Shown here: piece by piece, positions 54,472 to 64,000 of the stretch | Position numbering within the stretch: the first letter of the stretch is position 1 | How the letters are laid out: each line of letters starts with the position of its first letter | Source: Patescibacteria group bacterium | GTDB taxonomy: Bacteria; Patescibacteriota; Microgenomatia; UBA8517 | Reading direction: 5' to 3' | Assembly: GCA_036381415.1 (NCBI GenBank) | Contig: DASVCV010000001.1 | Span: 69,053-133,052, forward strand | DNA length: 64,000 bases | Position numbers and translations under genes: made by a program | The notes under the pieces: generated by a model | Databases searched by the model: none | Told to the model about the DNA's origin: nothing | What the model saw: the letters and a program-made list of their open reading frames with translations, nothing else

Positions 54472-57108
54472 TTGTGCTATTGTGCTAAAATAGCCATAAT
54501 TCCACTATCGGAATGCACGTTAACAAATCTAGTTCAAATGGAGGGCACAATGGCCGCCAAACGGATAACTCCCACTCTCGTTTTTATTCTTGTTGGATTG
54601 CTCGTTGCAACTCTGACTAGAACCTATGCACAAGGAGGACCATCATTTAACGTTACCTTTAATCCTGGTAGTTCTGCCCAAGTCGGGCAGAACGTCAACA
54701 TTCATGTAAAAGTGAATGCGACAACCTATGGAGCTTCCAAGATTACCCCCTCTTGCGGCGGGGTATCTAAATCCGAGACTTCGGAATTAGAGTATGACTC
54801 AAATTGGGACACCAGCGGTTGCCAGGGTGGTATGCAAAGCGTCCAGGTCTGCAGCAAAATGGCAGCAGATGAACAATGGATGCAAGGCAATTGCCAAAAC
54901 TTTGCCTATTCTTTGACGGGGTCAAATTCGAACATTCCCACTATTTCACTCTTCGGAGCTGATACTGGGAATCTGCAGCCGGGACAGTGTACAACAATGC
55001 ATTGGAGAACAAGCGGAGCAAGCAGCGTCAACATTGATGGCCATACATATAGCCCTAACGGGGATTTGCAAATTTGCCCTACAGTGACAACAAAATACTC
55101 ACTGTCGGCTGCTGGGCCGAATGGTACAGCATATGAAAATTTTGAGGTTACTGTTTCTACAGTTCCCCAAACTCAAAATCAGGGTCCCACGAATGAACAG
55201 GCTAACAACTCTGCTAATGTTCAATCACAACCGGGTAGGCCAACGCTTGCGCAAGCACAGCAGCAAGGAACATCAGGGGGTGTTGATGTAGTTGTCTATT
55301 GTGAAGCAAAAGGGTTGGGTGGTCCAAGCAATGCGCCGGATAACAGCCCAAATGCAGCCTACTCTTGGAAATGTGGTGGAGTTGCGCTTGGAGACTTCTC
55401 GCAGGTTTGCAGAGAGGTGTACGGAGGCGACTATCGCTCACAAAACGTGATGGGCAATAACCGTCTGGGTGGTTGGAGATGTGTGAGAAATGGAAGTGGA
55501 ACAAACAACGTTCCAAACAATCCTCCATCATCGGGATGCGGTCCATCACCAAGCAGGCTGCATGGAGGCGACATAGCGGTTGTATCTGACTATGATGCTG
55601 ATCCACTTGAGGTCTTTAATGAACGAGATGTCAGGTCTGGGTTAAAGTTTACTGTTCCCATTAGGGAAATGGTAAGCATTATCCAAGGCGCATCTTGTGC
55701 ATATGGAGTCACCTGGGTGGAAGTTGGATACCAAGGCAAAGGCGGCTGGGCAGTTGAGGTAACCTCGAAAGGGTTTTACAACCTCATCCCAAATGGAATG
55801 TCCTTGCCAGGACCAGGGGGATCTAACAGCGGCAGCTCTAATCCACAAAACAGTGGACAGCAGGGAAACCCAAGTACAAACCAAACGAATGCGGTGGGTC
55901 AACCTTTAATTGTTCTGCCAAATGGCGATTTGGTCTACCCTATTGCCTATGGGAGTAACCGGCCACCAGCAAGCGGAAGCTACATTCATGTTCCAGGAAA
56001 GTATCATAGTCTATATTTGAGAACCACACAGGTTCCAGATCAGACTAGGAAAAATGTCATTGGAACAATGAATCCAAATGACTACTATTCTGTAGTCCAA
56101 GTTGGAAATGGCTGGATTCAAGTCCAGACATCATTGGGAGTTGGTTGGGTAAGTGCTGACTATGTTGAATTGACTACTAGAAATGGTCAGCCAGTTCAGA
56201 CAGCAACCGTTCCACCTTCTCAAAATCAGAGAGGAAACCAGAGCCAAAACCAGCAGGAAGATCCTTGCGAAGCGTATGCCTACATTGGTGGCATTGAGGG
56301 GATCGCTCTGGCATCTTGGCACTTTAACCCAAAGTCTGGTGGAACGTTGCAACAGCCTACGTCTACATTCTGGCAGTGTGGTGTCTACGTCCGTACCTAT
56401 CTACTCGACCATTATGGTTTTGATATGCTGAACTATAATGGTCAGGTCTGTACATCTAGCCCAGTAAAAAACTGGAAGGATTCAGCCAGTAGATGTGGAT
56501 TGAAAGTGGATCATGATATCAGATCTGCTCAGACCGGAGACATTGCTCTTTGGACCGAGAATTGCGGAATTGCCGGAGACGATGGGCATGTTGCTGTTGT
56601 GCTTGTTCCTCCATCTACCACCAACGACGGCAAGATTGAGGTAACAGATGCAAACCATGTCGATAGCAAGACACACCAGCCAGATGGCCAGATCTATTTA
56701 GATTACAAGTGGCCCATTGCCCCTTGTATGTATGTGATACACACATCTCTTGCATTTGGAAATCATCCAAGTCAAGATGGCGGTGGTATCCAGCCTGGCA
56801 CAGGAGTTGCAAGCGGCAGTACAACAGCTACAAGCATTACTTGGAGCTTTTGTATTGCTTGCACTTCGCATGTATGGGTTGCTTTCACGCTACCAAGTGG
56901 ACACTACAAACTCGATGGTTACAGGATTACTTTTATGGGTAGAGATCTACCTGTAGTGGGAACTCCTGCAATTGAAAAGGGTTCTAGTGTTGACAAGGTC
57001 ATATTTCACATAGGAGCAGATATAGTCCAGCAGCAAATCAATGCTGGAGATGGAGACAAGTTGAATGACGTAAACAACTGGCGTCTGTTTTACACCATCA
57101 TCAAATGA
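54472..57108 (+). CDS. secreted multidomain protein with C-terminal CHAP-like amidase/peptidase and SH3b-like domains
   Basis: Signal peptide (LVFILVGLLVATLTRTYAQG), Ig/PKD-like segments, Q/N/S/G-rich linkers, an SH3b-like segment (GWIQVQTSLGVGWVSADYVEL), and a CHAP-like region (QCGVYV...GDIALW...GHVAVVL). The gene is visibly GC-richer than its neighbours. Confidence 0.5.
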   Translation: MCYCAKIAIIPLSECTLTNLVQMEGTMAAKRITPTLVFILVGLLVATLTRTYAQGGPSFNVTFNPGSSAQVGQNVNIHVKVNATTYGASKITPSCGGVSKSETSELEYDSNWDTSGCQGGMQSVQVCSKMAADEQWMQGNCQNFAYSLTGSNSNIPTISLFGADTGNLQPGQCTTMHWRTSGASSVNIDGHTYSPNGDLQICPTVTTKYSLSAAGPNGTAYENFEVTVSTVPQTQNQGPTNEQANNSANVQSQPGRPTLAQAQQQGTSGGVDVVVYCEAKGLGGPSNAPDNSPNAAYSWKCGGVALGDFSQVCREVYGGDYRSQNVMGNNRLGGWRCVRNGSGTNNVPNNPPSSGCGPSPSRLHGGDIAVVSDYDADPLEVFNERDVRSGLKFTVPIREMVSIIQGASCAYGVTWVEVGYQGKGGWAVEVTSKGFYNLIPNGMSLPGPGGSNSGSSNPQNSGQQGNPSTNQTNAVGQPLIVLPNGDLVYPIAYGSNRPPASGSYIHVPGKYHSLYLRTTQVPDQTRKNVIGTMNPNDYYSVVQVGNGWIQVQTSLGVGWVSADYVELTTRNGQPVQTATVPPSQNQRGNQSQNQQEDPCEAYAYIGGIEGIALASWHFNPKSGGTLQQPTSTFWQCGVYVRTYLLDHYGFDMLNYNGQVCTSSPVKNWKDSASRCGLKVDHDIRSAQTGDIALWTENCGIAGDDGHVAVVLVPPSTTNDGKIEVTDANHVDSKTHQPDGQIYLDYKWPIAPCMYVIHTSLAFGNHPSQDGGGIQPGTGVASGSTTATSITWSFCIACTSHVWVAFTLPSGHYKLDGYRITFMGRDLPVVGTPAIEKGSSVDKVIFHIGADIVQQQINAGDGDKLNDVNNWRLFYTIIK

Positions 57109-57131
57109 TGGCGTGACTATGCGATGTGTGC

Positions 57132-57170
57132 GTTGTGGATCTCATCTGAGATCCACAACCATCTCTTTTG
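57132..57170 (+). terminator. rho-independent terminator (13-bp stem GTTGTGGATCTCA/TGAGATCCACAAC + T-rich tail)
   Basis: Perfect inverted repeat 24 nt after the stop of the CHAP-protein gene, followed by catctcttttg. Confidence 0.55.
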
Positions 57171-57325
57171 AACTAGAACTTAAATTGGAGAGGTAAAACA
57201 ATATTTACTTAATTGCGAGTATTTTTAATTGTTTTTATGTAAAAATTTAAGAAGTATTAAAGCGGTAGATATTATTTATCTTTCACTAAAGCTTGTGAAT
57301 AGATGAAGTGCCTACCGCTTTTTTA

Positions 57326-57934
57326 TTACGGATTCTTTACGACTTTTATGCTTTGTACTATTTTGTAAAATGTTTGTTCTTCATTTTTAGAACAAGTACT
57401 AAGGCCCGCAAAGGTTGTGCTTTGACCTGGATTTGGATTTAGATCTAAGGCGGCAATAAAAAATTCTTGATTTTGATATCTAACTAGTTCTACCTTTCCT
57501 TGTTTATCGTTGACTGTTATGTTTTGGCTAGAGAGAATAGAAGTAGCTGGAAGTTGTGTAATACTCCAATTTGATCCAATGTAAGCTATCTCTTTGTCAA
57601 TGTTTTTGTAATCCTCAGAAATAGAAAACATTATGCACTGACTTTTATCAGGATTATAGATTGTTGCATAGTTCGGATGACCTGCTGCATCTGAATTAGG
57701 ATAGACGATAGTCCAATCAGATGGGTATTTGTAAGAGAGAGTTCCCAACTTTGAATCTGTCCTAGTAATTGTTTTCCAGTCATTTGGAATTTCAACCGAG
57801 TTTGAAGGTAGCAAATTTTGTGTATTGGCTTTTTGCTTAGCCAATATAAGAATTCCAGCCAGAACAACTATCCCCCCCAATATAATGACTAAAATTTTAC
57901 TTACTTTGAGTTTTAGGTTTTCCAGAAATCTCAT
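57326..57934 (-). CDS. hypothetical membrane-anchored protein
   Basis: N-terminal TM segment (ILVIILGGIVVLAGILILA); no motifs. Confidence 0.35.
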   Translation of the reverse strand: MRFLENLKLKVSKILVIILGGIVVLAGILILAKQKANTQNLLPSNSVEIPNDWKTITRTDSKLGTLSYKYPSDWTIVYPNSDAAGHPNYATIYNPDKSQCIMFSISEDYKNIDKEIAYIGSNWSITQLPATSILSSQNITVNDKQGKVELVRYQNQEFFIAALDLNPNPGQSTTFAGLSTCSKNEEQTFYKIVQSIKVVKNP

Positions 57935-58040
57935 ATAAAGAAATTATATCAAATTTCAGACGTAAAAACTAATCGACTATAGGTTTTTTCTAGTTTATGA
58001 CTTTTTTACAAAAAGACAAAATAGATGCTAAAATATATTT

Positions 58041-59102
58041 ATGACTTCTTTACAAAATCCTACTCGGTTCATGTCACTTTTGCGCAGAAAATGGGTTAAT
58101 TTATTATTTTTGTTTATATCTACAATTTGTTTTTCTATTGTAGTTTTAGTAGCTTTTTTTGACGCCATTATTAGATACTCCATTTTAAGCAAAATACCCC
58201 TTGAGACACAAAGGGATCTAATCATTATTCTTATTTTCTTTGGAATCTTATCGCTTTTGATCTGTTTTGCTTTTACAAAAATTAAGGCGCTAAAAATCGC
58301 TTCTGGAATATTTTTGGTAGTTGCTCTTATAAATATTTTTCTGTTTCTGTTTATAATTAAACCGCACCGTATAAGTGGGAGTTCTATGGCTCCAATAATT
58401 TTAGATCAAGAGTACGTATTGGGAAACTGGGCACTTTACAACTTTAGCCCAGTTAAAAGAGGAGACATTGTTATCTTTAGCGCACCGGATTTCCCAGATG
58501 AGGATCGTATATCTAGAATTATTGGCCTTCCTGGTGAATACATATCAATTCGCCAAGGAAAAGTATATATTAACGGTAATCCTTTAAGCGAACCATATCT
58601 CACTTCTGGTACTACAACCGGTTCTGGCAGGTTCATCACTGATAAAGATGTGTTAATACCAAACTTACACTACGTTGTTTTAGGAGACCAAAGACAGCAT
58701 TCGTTTGATTCGAGGTTTTATGGTTTTGTTGGTGCTGGTTCAATAAAGGAGACGGTATTTTATATATATTGGCCTTTAAATCGTATGCGTTCTATCGTGT
58801 CAGGTGTCACCAGTCTACCTTTTTATTCTTGTCGAACATTAAATACAAAAATGATAGTCGGGCCAGATGGTAAGGGTGAAATAGGTTGTGATATTGAGGT
58901 TGATGGACAAATTGATTTATCTCAAAGCTACTGCGAAGGGCAAAAAACTCACACTAAAAAGGCTTTAATTCCCGACTCTTATGAAAGACCTAATAGATAC
59001 TTTGAAACCCTTACTGGACTTTATTTAGATGAAGAAGTTAAAGTGTTTGTGTACACAAACACAGGTTTTAAAATTGAATGTTTGCCTTCTTTAAATAAAT
59101 AA
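58041..59102 (+). CDS. lepB: signal peptidase I (S26) with N-terminal multi-TM extension
   Basis: Catalytic Ser region GSSMAPII and Lys region GDIVIFS...RIIGLPGEYISIRQGKVYING. It carries extra N-terminal TM helices and a C-terminal extension. Confidence 0.65.
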   Translation: MTSLQNPTRFMSLLRRKWVNLLFLFISTICFSIVVLVAFFDAIIRYSILSKIPLETQRDLIIILIFFGILSLLICFAFTKIKALKIASGIFLVVALINIFLFLFIIKPHRISGSSMAPIILDQEYVLGNWALYNFSPVKRGDIVIFSAPDFPDEDRISRIIGLPGEYISIRQGKVYINGNPLSEPYLTSGTTTGSGRFITDKDVLIPNLHYVVLGDQRQHSFDSRFYGFVGAGSIKETVFYIYWPLNRMRSIVSGVTSLPFYSCRTLNTKMIVGPDGKGEIGCDIEVDGQIDLSQSYCEGQKTHTKKALIPDSYERPNRYFETLTGLYLDEEVKVFVYTNTGFKIECLPSLNK

Positions 59103-59119
59103 TATTGACGTTATCGCCC

Positions 59120-61246
59120 TCATTTTTTTGCCCTTCTTCCCCATCTTTCTTGTGAGACTCTAATTACTTTTTCTTTGTTTTGGTTTTTTGATTTAGGTAG
59201 AGGGAGGGTGGTTGCAAGGAAAGGCCTTTGGGAGTGCCCATCTATAATGAGCTTGGTAGCTATTTGATAGTTTTGGAGGTTTATTAAATTTTCTTCTGTA
59301 AAGACTTCTCCAAATTCTTTATTTAAAACATGTGCATCTTCAGCACCAGATGAAAAAGATATTAATGTGCCTGCATTTCCTAATATTGCCTTTTGAACAT
59401 TAGGTGGAATTTGGGCCATATATTGATTGGCAAGCATTAGGTTTAAATGGTATTTTCTTGCTTCTGAAAGGATTTTAATGAAAGAGGTTGTTGCAAAGTT
59501 TTGAAACTCATCTACATATAAATAAAAGTCTTTCCTTTTTTCTTCTTCCATATTTACTCTTCTCATTGCAGCTAGCTGGAACTTAGTAATTAGCATTGCT
59601 CCTAAAAGTTGAGCATTATCCTCACCAATTTTTCCTTGAGACAGATTTGCTATTAAAATCTTTTCTTCATTTATAATTTTTTCCAAATCTACTGAGCTTT
59701 TAGGATGTCCAATAATATTTCTAATGGTTGGTGAGGTCACAAATTGTCCGATTTTATTAAGAATTGGAAAGATTACTTCTTTTTGCAAATTTGGCGGCAA
59801 GTTTTCAAATTCATTAATCCAGAAGTTTTTAAGTACCTGATCCTTAAGGTTACTAACTGTCTTTGTCCTAAAGTCTTTATTTGTAAGAATTAGGGGAACA
59901 TCAAGAAGGGTTGAATTTGGAACTTCTGTTAAGGTTAAAAGTGCATTTCTTAAAACGTACTCTAGTCTTGGTCCCCAGAATTTTCCAAATATTTTACTAA
60001 AGACTGCAATTGTAGCTGACACCACAAACTCAGCTTCATTTTTGTTTGTTACTTCTAATGGATTAATTGAAACAGAAAATTCCTTGTCTGAAGGGTTAAA
60101 GTAAATTACATCATTAATACGCTCTTTTGGAACAAAATTAAGTAAAACTTCTGACAAATCTCCATGGGGATCAATTACTGCCAATCCTCTTCCCTTCTTC
60201 ATGTCATCTATTGCCATATTGGCAATTAATGTTGACTTGCCTGTTCCTGTCTTTCCAATTGCCCAGATATGGCGCATTCTGTCACCATCTTTTATACCAA
60301 ACACTACTTCTTTGTTTTTGAATGTTGTTTTCGCAAAGAAATTAATATTTCTTTTCTCCCCTTCTGAAATATCTTCTGATATTGGTAGATTTGAAGGAGG
60401 CTCAGATAAAACTGATGCTCCCCAGCTTACTCCTTGTGTTTTTATCTTCTCAGATGGCAAGTGCCAAAGAGTAGCCAACTCTTCGATATTTACTATTTGA
60501 TTATCAGACACTTTCCTTTGATTAAAATCTTTCAAAAGTTTTCTTTTTGTTAAAGAAAATGGTCTTTTGACAGTAAAACTATTTCCTTCAGGACGGGTGT
60601 AAACATTAAATGATTGTTCAATTTGGCTTAAGAGATGAGTATTGTTTGATGCAATTCTAACCGAAACTTTAAATCCCGGATTTTTGATTTTTTCTTTGAC
60701 AATGTTGGCATCAGGTCTAGGAATAAAGTTGCCATCTTCCTTTTTTGTTCCATGGCTGGCAAAGTTTTCAGCAAGAACTTGCCAGGAAGTAGAGACTCCC
60801 TCTAAAGCAAACTGGATTATTGCAATATCTTGCGTTTCACCTTTTGAAAGAACTGTTAAAACTGAGGATAATGGATCGACGTCCTTGAAATCTTTAAAAG
60901 TTTTAATTGGGTAGTAGCTTCCATTTTTTAGGACAAGCTTTTCTATTTTAAAGGTTTTATGGGCATCAATTTTCATTCCCTTTTCTATTACTACCAAAGG
61001 ATAAGCTGACTCGAGCTGGCTTTCTATAAAGTTTGTAAGGTCAGGATGGGCTGCTATCTGAAAGGAAATTTCCTGATTTTTTAAAACAATCTCTAGACCG
61101 AGCGGCTTAGGGGATTTTTTAAGCAGCTTATGGAGGCGGCTTGTTTTGTTTATTTCTAGAAGTGAAGCAAAAAAAGTTTGTGCAGATTCAGGTGTTATAT
61201 CTACTTTTCTTGGAAGTTTGAGAGTAAGGCTAATTAATTCATCCAC
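59120..61246 (-). CDS. AAA-like (DUF87/HerA-FtsK-VirB4 superfamily) P-loop ATPase
   Basis: Walker A GKTGTGKST, AVIDPHGDL, and Walker B YVDEFQNF. The 708-aa size is typical of T4SS/conjugation-type or HerA-type ATPases. Confidence 0.45.
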   Translation of the reverse strand: MDELISLTLKLPRKVDITPESAQTFFASLLEINKTSRLHKLLKKSPKPLGLEIVLKNQEISFQIAAHPDLTNFIESQLESAYPLVVIEKGMKIDAHKTFKIEKLVLKNGSYYPIKTFKDFKDVDPLSSVLTVLSKGETQDIAIIQFALEGVSTSWQVLAENFASHGTKKEDGNFIPRPDANIVKEKIKNPGFKVSVRIASNNTHLLSQIEQSFNVYTRPEGNSFTVKRPFSLTKRKLLKDFNQRKVSDNQIVNIEELATLWHLPSEKIKTQGVSWGASVLSEPPSNLPISEDISEGEKRNINFFAKTTFKNKEVVFGIKDGDRMRHIWAIGKTGTGKSTLIANMAIDDMKKGRGLAVIDPHGDLSEVLLNFVPKERINDVIYFNPSDKEFSVSINPLEVTNKNEAEFVVSATIAVFSKIFGKFWGPRLEYVLRNALLTLTEVPNSTLLDVPLILTNKDFRTKTVSNLKDQVLKNFWINEFENLPPNLQKEVIFPILNKIGQFVTSPTIRNIIGHPKSSVDLEKIINEEKILIANLSQGKIGEDNAQLLGAMLITKFQLAAMRRVNMEEEKRKDFYLYVDEFQNFATTSFIKILSEARKYHLNLMLANQYMAQIPPNVQKAILGNAGTLISFSSGAEDAHVLNKEFGEVFTEENLINLQNYQIATKLIIDGHSQRPFLATTLPLPKSKNQNKEKVIRVSQERWGRRAKK

Positions 61247-61312
61247 ACTAAAATTATATATCTTCAGCCAGTTATTTGCATAATTAATGGCAGAAGTTCT
61301 ATATTTAAATTA

Positions 61313-61903
61313 ATGGAATCTAGTGTTTCCAATACTCCTAAAAAGACTGAGCCTCCTTTAGTTGATATTAAAGTTACCAATCCACTCACCTATTTAAAGA
61401 AATGGTGGAATAAAGTTATTGGAAATGAAGGAATTAACTTTAGCTTTAAAATAAGACCTCTTACTGCAATTGCAATAACTACTGTTATTGCATCCATTGC
61501 TTTTGGAGTGGGAAGATTTGTTTTTCCCTTTCAAGTTCCCTTTTTTAGATATGAAGAGATTGGAAATGCAGGACCTACCCCAAGTCCGGAAATTATCTGG
61601 AAATCAACAGCCTTTACTGGCACTTTACAGTATTCTTCTTTAATTTCCAGGTACTATTTAGTTACTACATCAAGCGAGGCCATAAACCTGGATGTCCCCA
61701 GCTATATTGATTTACAAAGTTTAATAGGAAAAAGAGTGCTTGCCATGGGAGACTACAATAAAACAACAAGACTTTTAAAGGTAACTGATGCAAAGGATTT
61801 AGAGGTACTTTCTAAATCTCCAGTTCCAATCCCTACTATTACTCCTACACCTACTCCCACTCTAGAGCCAACACCGACTCTAATGCCTAGTCCTACTCCT
61901 TAA
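61313..61903 (+). CDS. hypothetical membrane-anchored protein with C-terminal PT-rich tail
   Basis: TM segment (AIAITTVIASIAFGV) and a PTITPTPTPTLEPTPTLMPSPTP tail. Confidence 0.35.
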   Translation: MESSVSNTPKKTEPPLVDIKVTNPLTYLKKWWNKVIGNEGINFSFKIRPLTAIAITTVIASIAFGVGRFVFPFQVPFFRYEEIGNAGPTPSPEIIWKSTAFTGTLQYSSLISRYYLVTTSSEAINLDVPSYIDLQSLIGKRVLAMGDYNKTTRLLKVTDAKDLEVLSKSPVPIPTITPTPTPTLEPTPTLMPSPTP

Positions 61904-61957
61904 AAGGATAGAGTTTGTTTTATTGACAGAGTATTTTGCACAAACTATATTGAGGTT

Positions 61958-62236
61958 ATGAACAAAAAAGATTTAGGAGAGATAAAAGAGATTGTTTCAG
62001 ATGCTCTAAACGAAGCTGTGGTTCCCGTTCTTGAAAAAATAGATACTAAAGTAGATAAATTGGAAATGCGTGTGGAGAAATTGGAAGAGCGTGTTGAGCA
62101 TATTGAAGAAAGAGCCGAAAACCATGAGCAGAGCTTAGACAGAATTGAGAGAAAGCTTGATGCAACCATTGAAAGATTTGACGACCATGGCCAACGAATA
62201 GAAGTATTAGAAAAGCAAGCCTCAATTGCCTCCTAA
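61958..62236 (+). CDS. hypothetical coiled-coil protein
   Basis: 92-aa ORF with a heptad-like E/K/R-rich sequence. Confidence 0.3.
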   Translation: MNKKDLGEIKEIVSDALNEAVVPVLEKIDTKVDKLEMRVEKLEERVEHIEERAENHEQSLDRIERKLDATIERFDDHGQRIEVLEKQASIAS

Positions 62237-62453
62237 ATTATATTGTGGTAAAATCAAGCCTGTGACAAGACTCTTGCCTTTTAAGTATTTATCTGAAGTA
62301 AGAAGCGAACTAAGTAAAGTTATTTGGCCTAAAAAAGGTGAAGTAATTAAACTTACAGTTCTAGTAATACTTATATCGGCAATAATTGGAGGCTACGTAG
62401 GAGGGCTAGATTTAGCCTTTACCAAGCTTTTAACAGTAGTTTTGACTAAATAA
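62226..62453 (+). CDS. secE: preprotein translocase subunit SecE
   Basis: [46 protein letters not shown] matches the SecE TM/hinge pattern. It lies directly upstream of nusG. The true start is probably an internal GTG. Confidence 0.55.
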   Translation: MPPKLYCGKIKPVTRLLPFKYLSEVRSELSKVIWPKKGEVIKLTVLVILISAIIGGYVGGLDLAFTKLLTVVLTK

Positions 62454-62458
62454 ATAAT

Positions 62459-63079
62459 ATGGATTCAACAGACAATAAAAATATAGGAGTAAGCGAGCGC
62501 GGAACCGGGAGTGCAAAAATCCCTGGACACATTGTCATTAAAAAAACTGACAGTCCTTCTGCCATGTGGTATGTAGTTCATACTTCAAGCGGACATGAAG
62601 CAAGAGTTGCTGAAACTCTAAGGCAAAGAGTCCACTCTTTGGGATTTGAAGGAAGAATTTTTGAGCTATTAATTCCTACTCAGGATAAAGTTATTGTAAG
62701 AGGAGGAAAGAAAGCTACTGTAAAAGAAAAGATTTTCCCTGGATATCTTCTAGTTAAAATGATCTTAGATGACAATGCATGGCTAGCTGTAAGAACAGCT
62801 CCTGGAGTTACTGGGTTTGTGGGAGCAGGAAGTACTCCTACCCCACTTTCTGGAAGTGAAGTTGCCAATATACAGAAATTTATTTCATCTCCTGCACCTA
62901 GATTTAAATCAAAGATGACAGTTGGAGAAGCAGTTAAAATTACAGATGGACCATTTACTGATTTTCTTGGAACAATTCATGAGATAGATGAAGAAAAAGG
63001 GAAAGTAAAAGTATTGGTATCAATATTTGGACGTGAGACTCCAGTGGAACTTGACTTCCTACAAGTACAAAAGGTTTAA
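62459..63079 (+). CDS. nusG: transcription termination/antitermination factor NusG
   Basis: NGN domain ([20 protein letters not shown]) and a C-terminal KOW motif ([19 protein letters not shown]). Confidence 0.85.
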   Translation: MDSTDNKNIGVSERGTGSAKIPGHIVIKKTDSPSAMWYVVHTSSGHEARVAETLRQRVHSLGFEGRIFELLIPTQDKVIVRGGKKATVKEKIFPGYLLVKMILDDNAWLAVRTAPGVTGFVGAGSTPTPLSGSEVANIQKFISSPAPRFKSKMTVGEAVKITDGPFTDFLGTIHEIDEEKGKVKVLVSIFGRETPVELDFLQVQKV

Positions 63080-63123
63080 CTATACCTTGATATTTAAGGT
63101 GTTTTTAAGATATAAAGGATAAT

Positions 63124-63786
63124 ATGGATAATATGAATTGGGTGGAACAAGGTCTATCAATACAAGACATAAAAACAGTTAAAGATTTAAGTAAGGAGCC
63201 AATACCTGGCTGCAGTGTTGTTGATTCAAAAGATAAAGTTCCGCAAGATGAGAGTGTGGTTTATCTAAATGGAGGCCATGCAGAGAATTTACCTATTGGA
63301 TTAATTAAGAATAAATCGGAAATTTATTATGTAAAACAGGTAAACAAAGATACCGGGAAGGTTCATTACTCCAAACATGTAGCCATAAATGTAGATGGTT
63401 TAATTCAGAATCCTTTGTTTAAAGAAAACACTGAAGCAAAAGATGAACTGTTTAAGGGTGTTTATCAACAACTTGGGCAAACAACTCCAACTCAAAGGTT
63501 AGAAGTTTTAGTAGGTTCACTCAAGAGAAGTAAGGCAAATCCAACAAATGAAAGAGCCAGAGAGGCTACTGATTATCTATTAGGCACGATAGAGACAATT
63601 TTAGTAAATGAATATAATCAAGCCTTAGCTGCAAGGAAAGTGCTAAAAGCTGCTGGAGACTATCCCACAACCCAAAAAGGTCGGGAAATTACACAAGAAC
63701 AAGTAGATAGGATTCTTAAAGCAGGAAGCCTGGAAAGCCAACTTGAATTCACAAGGAGTGAAATCAAAAAGACACAGGCAGCTTAA
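63124..63786 (+). CDS. hypothetical protein
   Basis: 220-aa ORF downstream of nusG; it is not rplK-like. Confidence 0.3.
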   Translation: MDNMNWVEQGLSIQDIKTVKDLSKEPIPGCSVVDSKDKVPQDESVVYLNGGHAENLPIGLIKNKSEIYYVKQVNKDTGKVHYSKHVAINVDGLIQNPLFKENTEAKDELFKGVYQQLGQTTPTQRLEVLVGSLKRSKANPTNERAREATDYLLGTIETILVNEYNQALAARKVLKAAGDYPTTQKGREITQEQVDRILKAGSLESQLEFTRSEIKKTQAA

Positions 63787-64000
63787 GGAAGGATTTTCAG
63801 TTCAGGAAGAGCTGGAAACTTTACTTTGTGTTTTGTTGTAAACACCGAAATGTCTGCCTTGTTTAGTTCCCCTTCTCTTTCAAAAAGAACTCCAATGGTA
63901 ACTGATTTTGGCTTAAACAAAACATTCAAACTATTGCCAAAAAATAGCAAGTTGGTTACATTTTGATTTCCAACAATTACAAGATTGTCATCTTCGGGAA

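Noticed and set aside
57250-57320. Inverted repeat AGCGGTAG...CTACCGC-TTTTTT as a terminator
   Set aside because: The stem halves are separated by a ~40-nt loop, too large for a canonical intrinsic terminator. It may be a weak bidirectional element between convergent genes, but it is not called.
1-64000. CRISPR arrays or cas genes
   Set aside because: No run of regularly spaced short direct repeats and no Cas-like proteins were found. The only exact repeats are the 27-bp pair at 43789/47936 and the tandem 9-mers at 27425..27444.

Overview
This is a low-GC (~35% by eye), gene-dense bacterial window with short overlapping genes, PT-rich linkers and scattered ribosomal-protein genes. It resembles a reduced-genome lineage, possibly Patescibacteria/CPR, but that is inference. 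Housekeeping content: a five-gene thymidylate operon (comEB-dut-thyX-tmk-tdk); topA; dprA; PBP2 and mreB; def-fmt; rpmB; rpmG; rpsU; rnhB; folE-tkt; lepB; and secE-nusG. I identified tRNA-Tyr(GTA), tRNA-Thr(GGT), tRNA-Trp(CCA) and an atypical tRNA-Thr(TGT)-like gene by hand. Two tRNA units share the same extended -10 promoter sequence. The most interesting signal is a compact cassette of thiazole/oxazole-modified RiPP (TOMM-like) genes on the minus strand. It has a sigma70-like promoter (TTGACA-N17-TATATT) and a strong SD in front of a 65-aa precursor whose core is Cys/Ser/Gly-rich. A standalone YcaO cyclodehydratase and a SagB-type FMN dehydrogenase follow, then a histidine-phosphatase and an APH-fold kinase. 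The ~4.1-kb cassette is flanked by an exact 27-bp direct repeat (43789..43815 and 47936..47962). The repeat duplicates the 3' end of the adjacent Cys/Gly-rich secreted-protein gene, which suggests the cassette is an insertion. Other points: (1) a candidate ~195-nt ncRNA at 13355..13549, with its own extended -10, a 9-bp terminal helix and a U-tail; (2) an accessory stretch (30.9-45.5 kb) rich in NUDIX, histidine-phosphatase, APH-like kinase, nucleotidyltransferase, alpha/beta-hydrolase, HDAC-like and FAD-oxidoreductase genes, several in paralogous pairs; (3) a RelE/YafQ-type toxin-antitoxin pair with a tandem operator repeat; (4) a ~1-kb ORF-poor gap (52.0-53.1 kb) with a GC-rich hairpin-dense core and a minus-strand intrinsic terminator; (5) a GC-richer gene for a large secreted CHAP/SH3b cell-wall hydrolase. 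No CRISPR array, integrase or transposase was recognised.
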